From assembly GCA_020137815.1 (NCBI GenBank), contig CM035356.1:6386001-6450000 (forward strand): DNA of 64,000 nt, written 5' to 3'. Positions 25,759 through 47,800 of this stretch are shown piece after piece. Source of the DNA: Hormiphora californensis. Taxonomy: Eukaryota > Animalia > Ctenophora. The notes beneath the pieces were generated by a model. It had not been told where the DNA came from. It saw only the letters and a list, made by a program, of their open reading frames with translations, and did not search any database. The position numbers were made by a program, and so were the translations under genes. Within the stretch, counting starts at the first letter, position 1. The number at the start of each line of letters is the position of its first letter.

Positions 25759-26206
25759 CCTCTCTCTCTTTGTTTCTATCTTTCTCTCTCTTCAGCTTGT
25801 GTGTCTTTTATGCTTCTTATTCTTTATCTGTAAAGCAGCACACACAGCCCCGGCGTGAGAAAATGCTTTTTAGAGTGGTGTGATATATGCACTCTAGTAT
25901 GACACGATGGGGCGATCAAATATAACCATATGGTATCATACTAGAGCGGTATTGCAACAACTGTGCATATATATCAGTTATCACACCATTGACAATTTAG
26001 GAAACAGTCACAGTCCAACCCCGATTTACCGGAATCCCGATTTACCGCGATGATAAATTTCCCTCCAGCATTCCGGTTAATCGTAAATCGGGGTCCGTAC
26101 TTAACGTCTTGCGCTTTACTTCATAATGACCCCTTCACTTCCACTATAATCTTAGTGATGTTCTGATCTCTAAATCTAACCAACATTTCTCTAGGATGGA
26201 TTAATC

Positions 26207-26644
26207 ATGTGTGATGACGAGGTGATATTTAATTTTGAGTCAGATATTCCAGTCGTCCAAAGTCCCACTTCAGCCCCACCGCCCAGCCCAGAGGGAGTGA
26301 GACGCCATGAGATGGCCCCTGCGCCACCTAACTCTATGATAATGCCACCCTTCCCGAACCGCGCCCCAAACCCTTCCCGACACCATCTCCCGTTAGACCA
26401 GCTGGCAGAGCGGTTAAATTCCCTCTGCGAAGAGTTTTCTGAAATGGAAACAATGGACTGTTGCGAACAAATCGTTCGAAGTGGGGCCGAGGTTAGCTCA
26501 CTCAAGATGAGTTCTCTAAAGAGGAGAACAAGCGAGAAGTTATTACCATATCCTATTATCTCCCGGGGAGAGGGAGACAAGGCAGGGTGTAGGGGTAAAT
26601 CAGGACGATCGCCTCCCTTTCTAATTCACTCCGCACCTCGGTGA
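26207..26644 (+). CDS. Hypothetical Pro-rich 145-aa protein, single coding exon
   Basis: Non-repetitive ORF preceded by a CTAAC branch point and TTTCTCTAG acceptor (26194); no domain recognised. Confidence 0.55.
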   Translation: MCDDEVIFNFESDIPVVQSPTSAPPPSPEGVRRHEMAPAPPNSMIMPPFPNRAPNPSRHHLPLDQLAERLNSLCEEFSEMETMDCCEQIVRSGAEVSSLKMSSLKRRTSEKLLPYPIISRGEGDKAGCRGKSGRSPPFLIHSAPR

Positions 26645-26818
26645 TCAATCCTTCTCTTTATCAGTGTTTCCTTTTTTTTCTTCTTTTTAAGACACAATTA
26701 AATACAGCATGCGGTTTGTGTTAGGACAGGGTTAACTTCTTCAAACGATTACAGAAATACATTCTTGTGTACAGCTATATTGTTATTTTTGGTTCTGTTA
26801 TTTTCTGTTTGTGCAAAA

Positions 26819-27206
26819 TAGTAGGAGCGGATAGATCTGCTGCCGCCAAAAGTCGCACGCCACCCGATTTGGGCATTGTCATAACCCCTTCATTTCAAAT
26901 TCAATCAAAAAATGGTCCTGAAGTTCAGGACCATTTTGTGATTTGATATGAAGTGAACAAACTACATAGGACCCCGATTTAGGGACACCCTCGGGGGAAA
27001 GGCTCTTGTCCACTAAATCGGGGTGTCCACTAAATCGGGGTCAAATAAGGTTAATTTCCTTTATCGGGGGAAAAAAAATCCTGTCCCTAAATCGGGGTGC
27101 CACTAAATCGGGGGCCCCTAAATCGGGGTCCGACTGTATAACAATGTCCAAATCGGGCGGCGTGCGACTTTTGGTCAAGGTGGGAGATATCTATCCGCTC
27201 CTACTA
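26819..27206. mobile_element. MITE with TAGTAGGAGCGG TIR, copy 2, carrying a nested CAGTCGGACCCCG-family MITE (~26965-27137)
   Basis: TAGTAGGAGCGGATAGAT...ATCTATCCGCTCCTACTA; inner GGACCCCGATTTAG...CTAAATCGGGGTCCGACTG|TA. Confidence 0.8.
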
Positions 27207-27669
27207 AAACGAGGGAACGTTTTGAGTGAAATTTGCTTTTTTTTTCCGCTGGCATTTGAAAAATGTATAAATACACGCCACACCAGAAAATGCCATGTTT
27301 CGATATATATTTTCGGAGCGAAAACTGCAGCATATATCAAAAATTGTTTCATGCCTTCTTTTTTGTGTCATATTTCTTCCAGATCTACTGTTTTTTGTTC
27401 AAATAACTCTTCTAACACTGTGTGGACACTTTCTGTAAAGAGGGAGAGTTTTTTGTGTTTGCCGGCAGTCAATGCACAGCATCGGTCGCTCCACCTGACT
27501 TCCTTCAGGCAGTCATGTGGTGTGTAGCATTACGTGTGTTTGTGTCTTAGATTGCGTTTTATTTTTTGTATCCAAAGTACGGTTAAATGAATTTCATATA
27601 ACGTGATATATACACCACAATTACATATTATATGCGATAGAAAATGCTCCGAGTTTCAATTCTCACATC

Positions 27670-27993
27670 TTAGATAAGAGGTTCCCCGGTGCTGCTGCTG
27701 CACAGCTGCCTCAGTATTCGGACTTGATGTAACGCGCGACAGTCGTATCTCTTTACAAACGATAGTTCAAGCTTGCGCGGCTGCGCGCTTATCAAACTCA
27801 AAATGTGGTGCGCGAAGGAGTTTATGCGGGGGTTCTCGCGCGTTACGTTGTTCCCACTCCCTTGGGACTGTAGTGGGGTACCAATTGCTGTCTTCCGGCT
27901 GCTGGCGGTGCTGTGCAGCAGATAAAGTACGTAATGTCTCCCTCTCTCATTGGATATAGGGGGACCTAGACGGTCGTTCTGTGTGGCGGACAT
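27670..27993 (-). CDS. Hypothetical 107-aa protein
   Basis: GC-richer ORF whose ATG lies 2 nt after CCCTAAT...CATACAG (acceptor at 27996); no domain recognised. Confidence 0.4.
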   Translation of the reverse strand: MSATQNDRLGPPISNERGRHYVLYLLHSTASSRKTAIGTPLQSQGSGNNVTRENPRINSFAHHILSLISAQPRKLELSFVKRYDCRALHQVRILRQLCSSSTGEPLI

Positions 27994-28316
27994 GTCTGTA
28001 TGGTCGATAGAATATAGATTAGGGAGAGATGGATATCACTAGGAGAATAGAAACACGGCGAATAAAAGAAAGGATCATCTCTGTTTTTACACAATCAGCG
28101 TGACATTAAAACATAAACACATTACAGATCCCAGATAGAAACACTTACTCAGCGAATAGTATAATTTTCTATCGTTAACCCTTGTAAAAGACTGCCCTCT
28201 CCGAACCGGGAGCGTTAAATGTTTCCCAAAAAACTGTACCTTGAACTGAGGTCTCTGTTCAAACCAAAAAAAATTACACTGCTTTAAACCCGTCAGTCCT
28301 AGTTCTACTAGTTACA

Positions 28317-37419
<9,103 letters not shown>

Positions 37420-38377
37420 CGGTTCATGAGATCATTCCGGATATCATCTCACTTCCTGTAATGCTTCATTTTAATGTGTTGAAATATGTAATATAATCAT
37501 TTATATATACCACTTTATAGTGTAAAATAATGGAGCACGCACCAACAGCCTGTAACGCTTGACATACTCGCTCACTTTCAAAAGTGGTGCAAATCTTGCC
37601 TCAAACAAGAGAAATATCAAATCTAACCAAAGTTAGGGTTTTTGAGTTAGCGACATCGAGTAAACACTAGGTACAGCAACGAGTTTTTTGTCTTTCTCGC
37701 CTCACCAGGACAGTGGGAAGTTTCATATGACCCAACTGGCCCCCACTTTTTAGTTCGGTTTCAATTTTATCAATTATCGCTTAATTAAAAAAGGAATCTA
37801 GGTTATGGTCAATCTATCTGCAGGGGTATGAGTAAGAGGGGACTGCTACAGCAACAAAACAACAAAACAACAAACCGACACCGGATTTTTGATCGTTTTT
37901 GAAACATTTTATTTGCTGAGCTGCAGCTGTACCGCAGTACTTAATTATGAGCCGCGCGTATTGTACCGCGCAAAAACATGACGCGCAGCTAATTTCACAA
38001 TTATACACTCCAGCACAACAATTTGTTTGACATAAGCTTAGAGAAATAAAACTTGAATTTGCAACAATAATGTGTTTTCGTTATGAAAAATCGGAAAAGT
38101 AAAAAAATCTGTCAGATAATTTATAAATTTACACCTTATTAATATTTTTCCTTTATTTACATTACATTCAAATATCATATGTAAATATTTTGATATACAT
38201 ATCCATTTCGAAGTGTCAGTATTGGTTATCAATATATTTTGGTGTAACAACGGGGTCTAAAAAGTCTACACATCACTCATTCACTCATCTACAACCTCAA
38301 CTCACCTACACACTACTTCAAGTACTTCAGCTTCATTTCACATGCAACACTTCACCAGCGCCTATAAAACATCACTA

Positions 38378-41300
38378 CTAGTTTTCCTGCAGTTGGAGGT
38401 GTCCTTTTGGTATTTCAGTACGTTGTTCCTCCTCTTGATTCTCCATGGTAACGACAGTCTCCTCCCTAGCAACCGTCTCCATGGCATCCGGTTCATCAGT
38501 GAACTCCTGATGGTTTATTGGTTTCACTCGTTTTACCATCATTACAGATATGGTCGAGAGTGCTATGCAGCCACAACCAATTAGTGTCCACACGTCCGGG
38601 TACTCCCTGTAGGAAAAATGAACATGAATTTAGTGGATTGGGGACAAGGGACTCGGATCTAGTGTGCAGATAGACCCTCTGGAATATTGCAGATTGATTC
38701 AGTCACTAATGAAACAAAGGAAGAGAGTTCATCTACAGAAGAAAGAAAAACTCAAAAGATCACCGCTAATCAACAAACTAGCCGATATAGTATACCACAC
38801 ATCACACCATATATTACCTGAAAATGAGAAACTGGAACCCAAAAGGCAGGATGACATCCAGGTACTTTAGAAGGGAAGTTTTACCGGGTTGTCCATACTG
38901 CATCGCTGCACAGACTGACAGTTGTTGGAGACAGTACATTAACCCAACCATCCACAGGTAGGTAAAGTTCTGAGGGAGGAATCAGATAGGAGATTAGGAG
39001 GTTTTGAGAGGGATTGCAGTAGTTGTGTGAGGGAGATAGGAGGTTTTGAATTGGGAGATATGCGGTTCTGAGAGGGGGAGATGAAGTTCTGAGAGGGGGA
39101 GATGTGGTTCTGAGAGGGGGAGATGTGGTTCTGAGGGAGGGAGATGTGATTCTGAGGGAGGGAGATGTGGTTCTGAGAGAGGGAGATGTGGTTCTGAGAG
39201 AGGGGAGATGTGGTTCTGAGAGAGGGAGATGTGGTTCTGAGAGAGGGAGATGTGGTTCTGAGGGAGGGAGATGTGATTCTGAGGGAGGGAGATGTGGTTC
39301 TGAGGGAGGGAGATGTGGTTCTGAGGGAGGGAGATGTTTACTGTGTAGTTGTATGAGGGAGAGATAGGAGGTTCTGAATTGGGAGATATGGTTTGGAATT
39401 GGTTCTCGTTTACTGGGGCCTGGGCCGCGGGGGATCGATAAGAGGAGGTTTTGTCTGGCAACCCGATATGAGCGCACTGTTTGAGAGTCAAAACGGGGTC
39501 TTGTGTGTAGAATTAGATGGACTCGGTTGAAGCAAGATCAAAACCAGCTTCATTCTTCTATCTTCATGAAGACATGGCCTCTCATTTTTTACAACTAATT
39601 ACCAGAATTGAAGGCAATGTCCAGGTTTTCTTCATGTCCTTGTCTGCAATGCTTTCAACCAATACGGTTACTGAAAAGGAAGAGTGAGTGAGAGGACGAG
39701 TGAGTGTAGAGACACGACATCTATGACATGGTAAGCACATATGGTATCCACATGATAACCACATGCTATGCACATGGTATCCAAATGGTAACCACATGGT
39801 AACCACATGGTAACCACATGGCAACCACATGGTAAATACATGGTAACCACATGGTAACCACATGGTAACCACATGGCAACCACATGGCAACCACATGGTA
39901 ACCACATGGTAACCACATGGTAACAAGCTATAATTACCCATAAGAATGAGTGTAGAGACAAGAAATCCAAGGGAACTCAGACACATTACTATCACAGTTG
40001 TAGGGACTGCCCCGGTACACGATACTGACACATACTTTGCTGCCTTGAAGAAGCCTCTTCCTGTTGTTCGGAGGGATTGTAGGTTAGTATCTCTATTATA
40101 ATTTGGAGATGTCGCGTCGAAGTGGCCGTTCGTTCAGTGCGTTTCTAAGCGACAGTGCTCCTTCATAAAACACTTCATATGACGAAAGCTGTAAATCTGT
40201 TATTCACACTTTTGGAACTTCCGGTGGAAGTTTGTTAATATTTTTGAATGACTTTCAACATGTCAGTTCCGAAAGCTATCAATTCAGTTGCCATGGCAAC
40301 CGTGTTATTGACGTGGAAGGGGGCGAAAAGAACCACCCGGCGAAGCCGGGTGGGTTATCAAAAAGCCCTTACTTGAGGCGCACCCAATGGGTGCGCTAGT
40401 ACTAGGTATAATTAGGATTTAGGCTGCCCGGGTTTCTTGTGTTTGAAACTGTGATTGTTTTAGTCTGAGAAATACTGATTACTGAATGATGAAATGATCT
40501 GCTGATAATGTCATAACATTACCTAGAGCGACGACAATGGAGATATAGAAAACAGGAGAGCTCCTCCCACTCTCTCCACCCCCAAATATAAAGGAAGGCT
40601 GGGCCACAAAGAACACCCCAACGGTTGCCACCACAAGGGAGATGTAGTCAAATATCAGGAGTTTTTCTTTCAGGAACACGTGAGATAGGAGGACTGTGAA
40701 GATCGGAGCTGTAGTCAGAAGGAGGGTCGCCTCACCTGTAAATTACAGTGTAATGGAGCTGTTACCATGGTTACCTGGTCACCGGGGTTACTAGGAAGCG
40801 ATGTACAGGGGATTACGCGATGTGCCCAACGGGGTTACCAAGGTTACCATTAAGGTTACCAGGTTACCAAAGTTACTCGAACCCCTCTCTTTCGAACTCC
40901 ATTTTGGGCAGGCCACAGCGGTAGTAACAACACACCCTACCTACCGATGGGAAGATGACGGAGGGCAAAGACAGTTGACATTGCGGTAAGTGTTCCCAGA
41001 ATGGCCGTCAGCACTATCATCCTCCAGTTTTGGTATTCCGTGGGTCCTGGGTACCTGGTCAAGGGGGAGGTATAGTAATCAACTCAGTAATAAAAATAAG
41101 TTCAAAATAACGGGTGACAACTAAAAATCTGGACACTTTTCTGTGAGCTCTAGCGCCGTCCCCGTTTGAGATACAGCTTCAGGCCAGTGATAGAACGAAT
41201 TTTCAGACAATTTTGAATCAGAATAACACAACGGGAAAGACTTAAAAGTTCATTTTCATTGCGATATCGCATCACTTCCTCTTCCCCCACCAAAGCATGT

Positions 41301-43062
41301 GTTACGTGAAATTTACACACTTTTCTAGCACCTCTAGCACCAGTTCTTTTTGAGATACAGCTTCGGGGCAGCGATAGAATGATTTTTTAGACAATTTTGA
41401 ACGAAATTAACTTTGTTCCACACTCCGTTAATCTCAACTCTGATCACAGAATCATCTGTAACAAACCTTTCAAATCGTAGTTTACAGGTAATTTGAGAAA
41501 TCGCCATTTTGACGATCTCTCGAAACATTTATGACGTGGAAAACCAACTCCCTGATAAGCTAAAATGTTGAAACTTGGCAGTTATGTTGGTTATGGCATG
41601 AACAACCAGACTTCCAATTTTGAGAATTCTATTTCATCGGGAAGGTTGTTTCTGATCACATAGAAATCTCAAATCTCCGTACTACATGCTTTGGTGGGTC
41701 AAGAGGAAATGATGCGATATGGCAATGAAAATGAACTTTTTAGTTTTTCCCGTTATGTTATTCTGATTCAGAATTGCCTGAAAATTCGTTCTATCACTAG
41801 CCCGAAGCTGTATCTCAAACGAGACCGGCGCTAGAGCTCACAGAAAAATGTCCAGATTTTTAGTTGTCACCCGTTATATAGATCCGTCAACATTAGAAGG
41901 GAATGATTACCTACCCCTGCAGGCAACCATTGTTACCCCTGGCAACCAGAAAAACAACTTACAAAAAGGGAATGATTACTAATTACCTACCCCTGGTAAA
42001 AGTTTATGAGGCAGGTGATAGCTAGTGTAAAGAAAAACCTCCACCAAAGTATCTCCACAATGGGCATGTCCTTTATCAAATCTGCAACAGGATATCAGAG
42101 CTTGTTACCATGGTTACCATGGTTACCAGGAGATCAGAGCTTGTTACCATGGTTACCATGGTTACCAGGAGATCAGGTCGGTCAACAGCAGCAGGGATCA
42201 ATGGAAGCAGGATTTGGGAATTGGGAGGTATAAAAGGGAGAGAGAGTCGAGCGAGGCAAGGGAAATCAACACACCGTGGTTTGGGAGCCGTACGGTATAT
42301 ATAATGGATATAGTTATTCAGTCAGACCCCGATTTACCGGGATTCTCATGGGAAAGGGAATCGGGGTTCCGGTATATCGGGGCCTGGTAAATCGGGGTCC
42401 GAGTATACCTGTGAATAATGAGCATATGGCAAAGAAGAAACAGGAGAGAACTGTGTAGAAGTAAACCCAATAGTCATCAGGCATGGCCGATATTATCTCC
42501 TTCCCCCGGCGAGTCAGCCAGCTTTGTTCTGCGTATAGCCGTAGCTTTCCAACCAACTCAAATACTGACATCACCCACTTCTGTAGGGGGGATTGGTGTG
42601 TTTTAGCGGTGCTCACAGTCCTAACAAACTAAAACAAAATGCAACTGAGCAGCAGCAGCTGTATGCATAATTAATTGGAATATGTGCAGTAGTGAGAAAT
42701 ATTTTGTAGTCTATGTAGTAGTAGTAGAACCAAACCAGTGGTCCAACCACATTGGATCAAATGAGCTGTACGGTACTGCTGCAGCTATAAAGTGTCAAAA
42801 ACCATTCAATTTGAATTACAGTCGGACCCCGATTTAGTGGCATCCTCGGGGAAAAAATCCTGCCACTAAATCGGGGTGCCACTAAATCGGGGGCCACTAA
42901 ATCGGTGTCCGACTGTAATTCAAAGCAAGTTGCTTGAGTTTCAAACTAAATATTACCTTGACAGTGAGGTTGATGTTTCTAAATTCCACGATAGATAGCT
43001 CTGAGAGATCTTTTAGTTTATCTCGCGCTGAGGCCTTGTAGACCAGCCAATCGTAATACCAC
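38378..43062 (-). CDS. SLC35G-like EamA/DMT-family transporter; first exon not located
   Basis: Exons 42957-43062, 42409-42628, 41991-42081, 40945-41054, 40523-40735, 39938-40060, 39603-39670, 38818-38969, 38378-38606, phase-consistent. Motifs [81 protein letters not shown]. Confidence 0.88.
38967..39385 (-). repeat. 21-bp tandem array of an SLC35G acceptor junction
   Basis: Minus-strand unit CACATCTCCCTCCCTCAG|AAC; true junction TTCCTCCCTCAG|AACTTT at 38970/38969; about 13-14 clean copies at 39060-39335. Confidence 0.85.
39735..39925. repeat. 11-bp tandem repeat GGTAACCACAT next to an SLC35G donor
   Basis: Directly visible; begins ~12 nt into the intron. Confidence 0.9.
40090..40399 (+). 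mobile_element. Non-autonomous Helitron
   Basis: A|TCTCTATTATAAT 5' end; 3' GC-rich hairpins (ACCCGGC-GAA-GCCGGGT; GCGCACCCA-A-TGGGTGCGC) followed by CTAG|T. Confidence 0.7.
41108..41876. mobile_element. Long-TIR (~200 bp) non-autonomous DNA transposon, TA-flanked
   Basis: TAACGGGTGACAACTAAAAATCTGGACA...TGTCCAGATTTTTAGTTGTCACCCGTTA; inverted similarity extends to the CCCACCAAAGCATGT / ACATGCTTTGGTGGG pair. Confidence 0.88.
42819..42915. mobile_element. Short CAGTCGGACCCCG-family MITE, TA TSD
   Basis: TA|CAGTCGGACCCCGATTTAG...CTAAATCGGTGTCCGACTG|TA; related copies at ~26010-26097 and ~42319-42403. Confidence 0.85.
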
Positions 43063-43271
43063 CTGGTGAAAATGGAAACAGGTTGTTAGCAAACTGATTC
43101 ACATTCATTCAAAATAGAAGGATTTGGCCACATTGATGCCTGAGTGAGATCGAGGTCACGCAGCGACCGAGATCGAGCTCGCACATGTGTGTGAGCTCAA
43201 TCTTGGTCGCACACGGTGTCTATGTCACCAACATTCTATTCTGGCGGCGCAGACCCAGTCCTGACTCACTA

Positions 43272-43580
43272 AGCGGACTGGCTCGGCGCTGCCAGCTAGA
43301 TTGGAAGAATCCAGAGCGGTCTGGCGGTGCCAACCCGATCTGAGCGGACTGGCTCGGCGCTGCCAGCTAGATTGGAAGAATCCAGAGCGGTCTGGCGGTG
43401 CCGACCCAATCTGAGCGGACTGGCTCGGCGCTGCCAGATAGATTGGAAGAATCCAGAGCGGTCTGGCGGTGCCGACCCGATCTGAGCGGACTGGCGCTGC
43501 CAGATAGATTGGATGAATCCAGAGCGGTCTGGCACTGCCGACCCGATCTGAGCGGTCTGGCTCGGCGCTGCCAGATAGAA
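43272..43580. repeat. GC-rich 71-bp minisatellite (~4.3 copies)
   Basis: GCGGACTGGCTCGGCGCTGCCAG(C/A)TAGATTGGAAGAATCCAGAGCGGTCTGGCGGTGCCGACCCGATCTGA at 43273, 43344 and onward. Confidence 0.9.
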
Positions 43581-43770
43581 TCGAAGGGACATGGGTCCAT
43601 GCCATGGGTTTTCTGATCATGGCTCCTTAATTTTCGATCGCACCTCGAATTTTCCATCTGACGACTTATAGTGTCGAGAACCATTGCAACGTGTGATCAA
43701 TACATTCAGCTGAAGCACTACATGGACAAGGCAGGCTGTTCGAAAGAACGAAGAAACGAAGAGAAAGATT

Positions 43771-43888
<118 letters not shown>

Positions 43889-43996
43889 AAATGAATTGGA
43901 TGCTAAACTATTTTGACACTACTATATCTCTGTCTGTCAGTCGTATCTCTCTCTCTATCTCTATTTCTTGTCTCTGTTGCCTCCTCTTATTCTCTC

Positions 43997-44059
<63 letters not shown>

Positions 44060-44854
44060 TCTCTCACTCACTCTCTCTCTCCCTCACACTCTCTATCGCT
44101 CTCTAATAATACCTAGTTAGTGTAAGTAATAAGAGAGATAGAGACAATTGTGTTGATTGTGACGTATTGAGGAACGGATGATTCAGTTTAATAAGTGCCC
44201 CTCACTTGCTCGTTAGCTAGTCCATTCTCAATCCTCCCCATCACATCTCACTATCTCCTCCTGTCTACTCTCTCTCTCCTCTCATCTCTCTCTCGTATCT
44301 CTCCCTCTCTCATTCTCCTCTCATTCCTCTTCTCTCTCTCTTCCTCAATAATAGACCGAAAATAGACAGAGCTTATATTTTGTCGACTTTTTGGTCTGCA
44401 TTAAAACGTTGCAACAAATGGCAAGTAACCAGCTGGAGTTATGAGATCTGATCAATCCAATAGAATCCAATTGCCAATGGAGACAGAAAAATGATAAACT
44501 TGATTTTTTTGTCAATGAATTCGGAAAAATTCTACACATAACATTCACAGGTCAGATAACATGTTGAAGGGTCTCTCATTTAGTCACAGAATATCTCTCT
44601 CTCTCTCTCAGTTATTTTAAATTTTACAAAACACACACAGGTCACGGAGTAGTTCTCTCTCTCCCACAAATTAATATAATTACATTTTCTTAGATCAACA
44701 TCTTTTCATTGACAATTAATATATTAATATCTTTATATTCAACAATTCTCTCACTCTCTCACAGTACATTATATATTAACTAAACTAAAGCAGGCGATTA
44801 GACTTCAGCGGGGAGAGGTCTCCGGCCGCGGTGTCTACGGAACGCTTTTCCAGG

Positions 44855-47800
44855 TCACTCTGTTGATCGTTTGTTCACGTACTCGTACAGATTACCCTCG
44901 TCACACTCGGTACAACTACAGTACTGGATCTGCTGGATTTCAATGTCTTGGACGACACCTGGAGGAAGAGAGGAGGGTTAGTTGTATGTTGGTGATGTTC
45001 GGCACGGAGTGACGGCCGGTTAATGTAACGTGAAAGGTGAAGACATCATATAATATAATATTCAAGTATTTCAATAGTACAACATAAATTAGGAGAATGA
45101 TCAGCTATAGATGTTTGGAACACGAACAGAACTGTCAGAGCATGGACCTGACAGGAACAAACTGGTATAATAACCTACCGAAACAGTCGAAAGAATGCAC
45201 TTCGGTCAGCATGGTTGGAAGACAACACTTGCAGGTTGTGATCAGTTGCCCATAATCGTCCCTCGCTTGAGATCGCTCACAGGGTGAATACTCAAAGCAG
45301 TATTTGATGATAATCGGGTTAACCTGTAACAATATCGGGCCGTTATGATCAGCATTTAATTATATTAGTGAGCAGGTATGTTACCCCTCTGCACTATACT
45401 ACAGTACTACAGTACTTAATACTAGCTCACGGATATGCTATAATAGGGGTGACTTCGCGTAACTAAGCTACTTACCGAGACACAGATGGTATCGTTGTGA
45501 ACAACTGTTATCTTGTCAGTAGGGAGGACAGTCTGGACGGAACATTTTGGAAGGGAGCCAGGTGGTGCGGTAGTGACGGTTGGTTTAACGGTGGTTTCAG
45601 GTTCTGCTGAGGTGGTCGCAATGGGGGAGGTCGCTGTAGGGGGAGGAATGTGTTAGCAATTTGATGATGTAATCCCTCTCTCTTGCCCTAATAATTCAGT
45701 AGCTGGTTACCCCTTCCTCCTCCCTTGCCAAACAAACAATGGGGTAACCTGGGGGTAACCAGTAGTGTCACCAGGGGGTAACCAGGAGGTAACCAGGAGG
45801 TAACCAGTGGGTAACCATTGGATACCAACAACACATACCCCCGAAACTTACTTGTAATAGTTCGTGTCTTCTTGCAAATGTGTAGGGTAGGTTTGTAGTG
45901 GCCAGTTGTTGCGTCCTCATTATCGGTAAAGAGAGGTACAGATCCTTCTGTAGTTTCATCGTCAGCAATCAGTACGAAACCGTAGTTCTCCTCCACTCCG
46001 TTCTCTGCCCAGTCGGCGAGTGTGTCGGCAATGTTCACCTGCACACAGTGGTAATTAGGGAGATATTTAAGAATTGTTCTTAAATTTCAACCTAAAATAT
46101 AAATTTTGACTCGTAATATTGACCTACAGGAGGAACGAGTAAAACTAGGGAGGAAGGGAGACTGAGAGAGGTTTGAGAGACAAAGAAAGCAGGGGAGTAA
46201 AAAGACAGAGCATTGTAAAAAATATTTGTAAAAAAAGGAACAGCTCTTTCTGCTAAGTACATACCCAGATGGCAGTGCCTCCCACTTGGTCAATAGAGAC
46301 AACAGCCTCCCCAATCGATTGGGAGTTGTAGTTTGTTTTGATGTCGTCCCAAGACACTGTATCTTCATTCCAATCAGTCGTGATCTAGGGGGGACAATAA
46401 GACATTATCTCTTGCTCAAACTAATCATCTCCAAGATAACCAAGATCTTTGGGGCGTATAACTATAAAGATAAACAGATCTTATATAAGTTTCACCTATT
46501 ACCCCCTCGGCCTCAATATATTGCTTCGGCCCGGTGTGATCGAGCCGACAGCTACTGAGAACATGTCAATCACTAATTATTAATTAGTAATTAATTAATT
46601 ACCTTGTACACAGAGAAGGAAGTGTTTCTTGTGCTGTCAGTGCTACTTGGTTTCAGGTAGTTCAACTTGATCCACCCGTCATTTACCTCTACATACTTGA
46701 AATCTAGGAGGAACCCGGGGATTAGCCAAAATAAAGACAAATGTTCAAGTGAGCTCTCACACTAAAGAGATAATTGCTAGATAATTAATGACTTAGTTAA
46801 CAAATTAGTCATCTACATAATTACCAAACTACAAATTAAAAACAACGGTGGTTTTTATATTCTATATAATTACCAAAATAAGAAACTTACTACTTCCAAT
46901 GACGGAACTGACATCAAACTTAATAACGGTCCTGTACACGTTTCCATCAACATCCTTTCCGACAGTCAGGGACTCATTGTTGTATCCCTTATCGTCATTG
47001 TGCACCAGAAGGGTCGTGGCAGTCACTTCAACGGTCTTCTCGTAGAAACTATCCGATTCGTTACAAACCTGGGGGTGAATGATGTTATATTAGTACTTAG
47101 TAGTAGAGTTATATTATTAGTGATTGAGTTATATGAGTAGTAGTAGAGTTATATTACTAGTTATTGAGCTATATTAGTAGTGATAGCAATATTATATCAG
47201 AGCAATTGAATCTGGGGGAAAAGTACTAAAGTAGGAGCATAGTACTCCCATGGGGGGAATCCATAATCAAACGGGTGGGGGATCAAGCAAAAGAATTAAA
47301 CTTACAGGAACGTCGACGATTTTGTAGCAAATATCGATGTAAGGGATGAACTCAGTGACATCGGAATCGTTGGTGAAACTATAATATCGGATATCCTTGG
47401 CTGATGTTCCTTCAGTTGATCCATCAGTGTACTTGTTCACCAACGCAACACCATAGTTAACCTACGCATAATATAATTACAAGACAAATCTCTCCACTTC
47501 AGAGCTTCATATTCCACCTCAAATGAAGATTAACTCATACCTTGTTATCACTGGAATCGTAAGGGCTGATCCATTCCCGGATGGTGTCAGTGAAATCAGC
47601 GACAACTTCCTTGTCATAAGTTGGTTCCTTGTTCAATGGGTCAAACTCTCCGGTTTTGTCCTACAAAATAAATTATTTCAAACCAAGAAACACAATCGAT
47701 TGAAAATTATAAAGTACTGGGACATAGAAATGGATAAAAAAGTTAAAAAAAGAAATATAACCTACCCCTAAATTCTGTTCAGAAGTCAACTGTCCGGTAG

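Noticed and set aside
25406-25883. RE/SL-repeat ORFs here and at 29.1-29.9, 35.1-35.5 and 43.7-44.1 kb
   Set aside because: GA/CT microsatellites
44795-44857. Possible stop-codon read-through after the mucin TGA (open to PGKAFRRHRGRRPLPAEV*)
   Set aside because: A short open stretch is expected by chance, the context is not the canonical UGA-CUAG, and there are no conservation data
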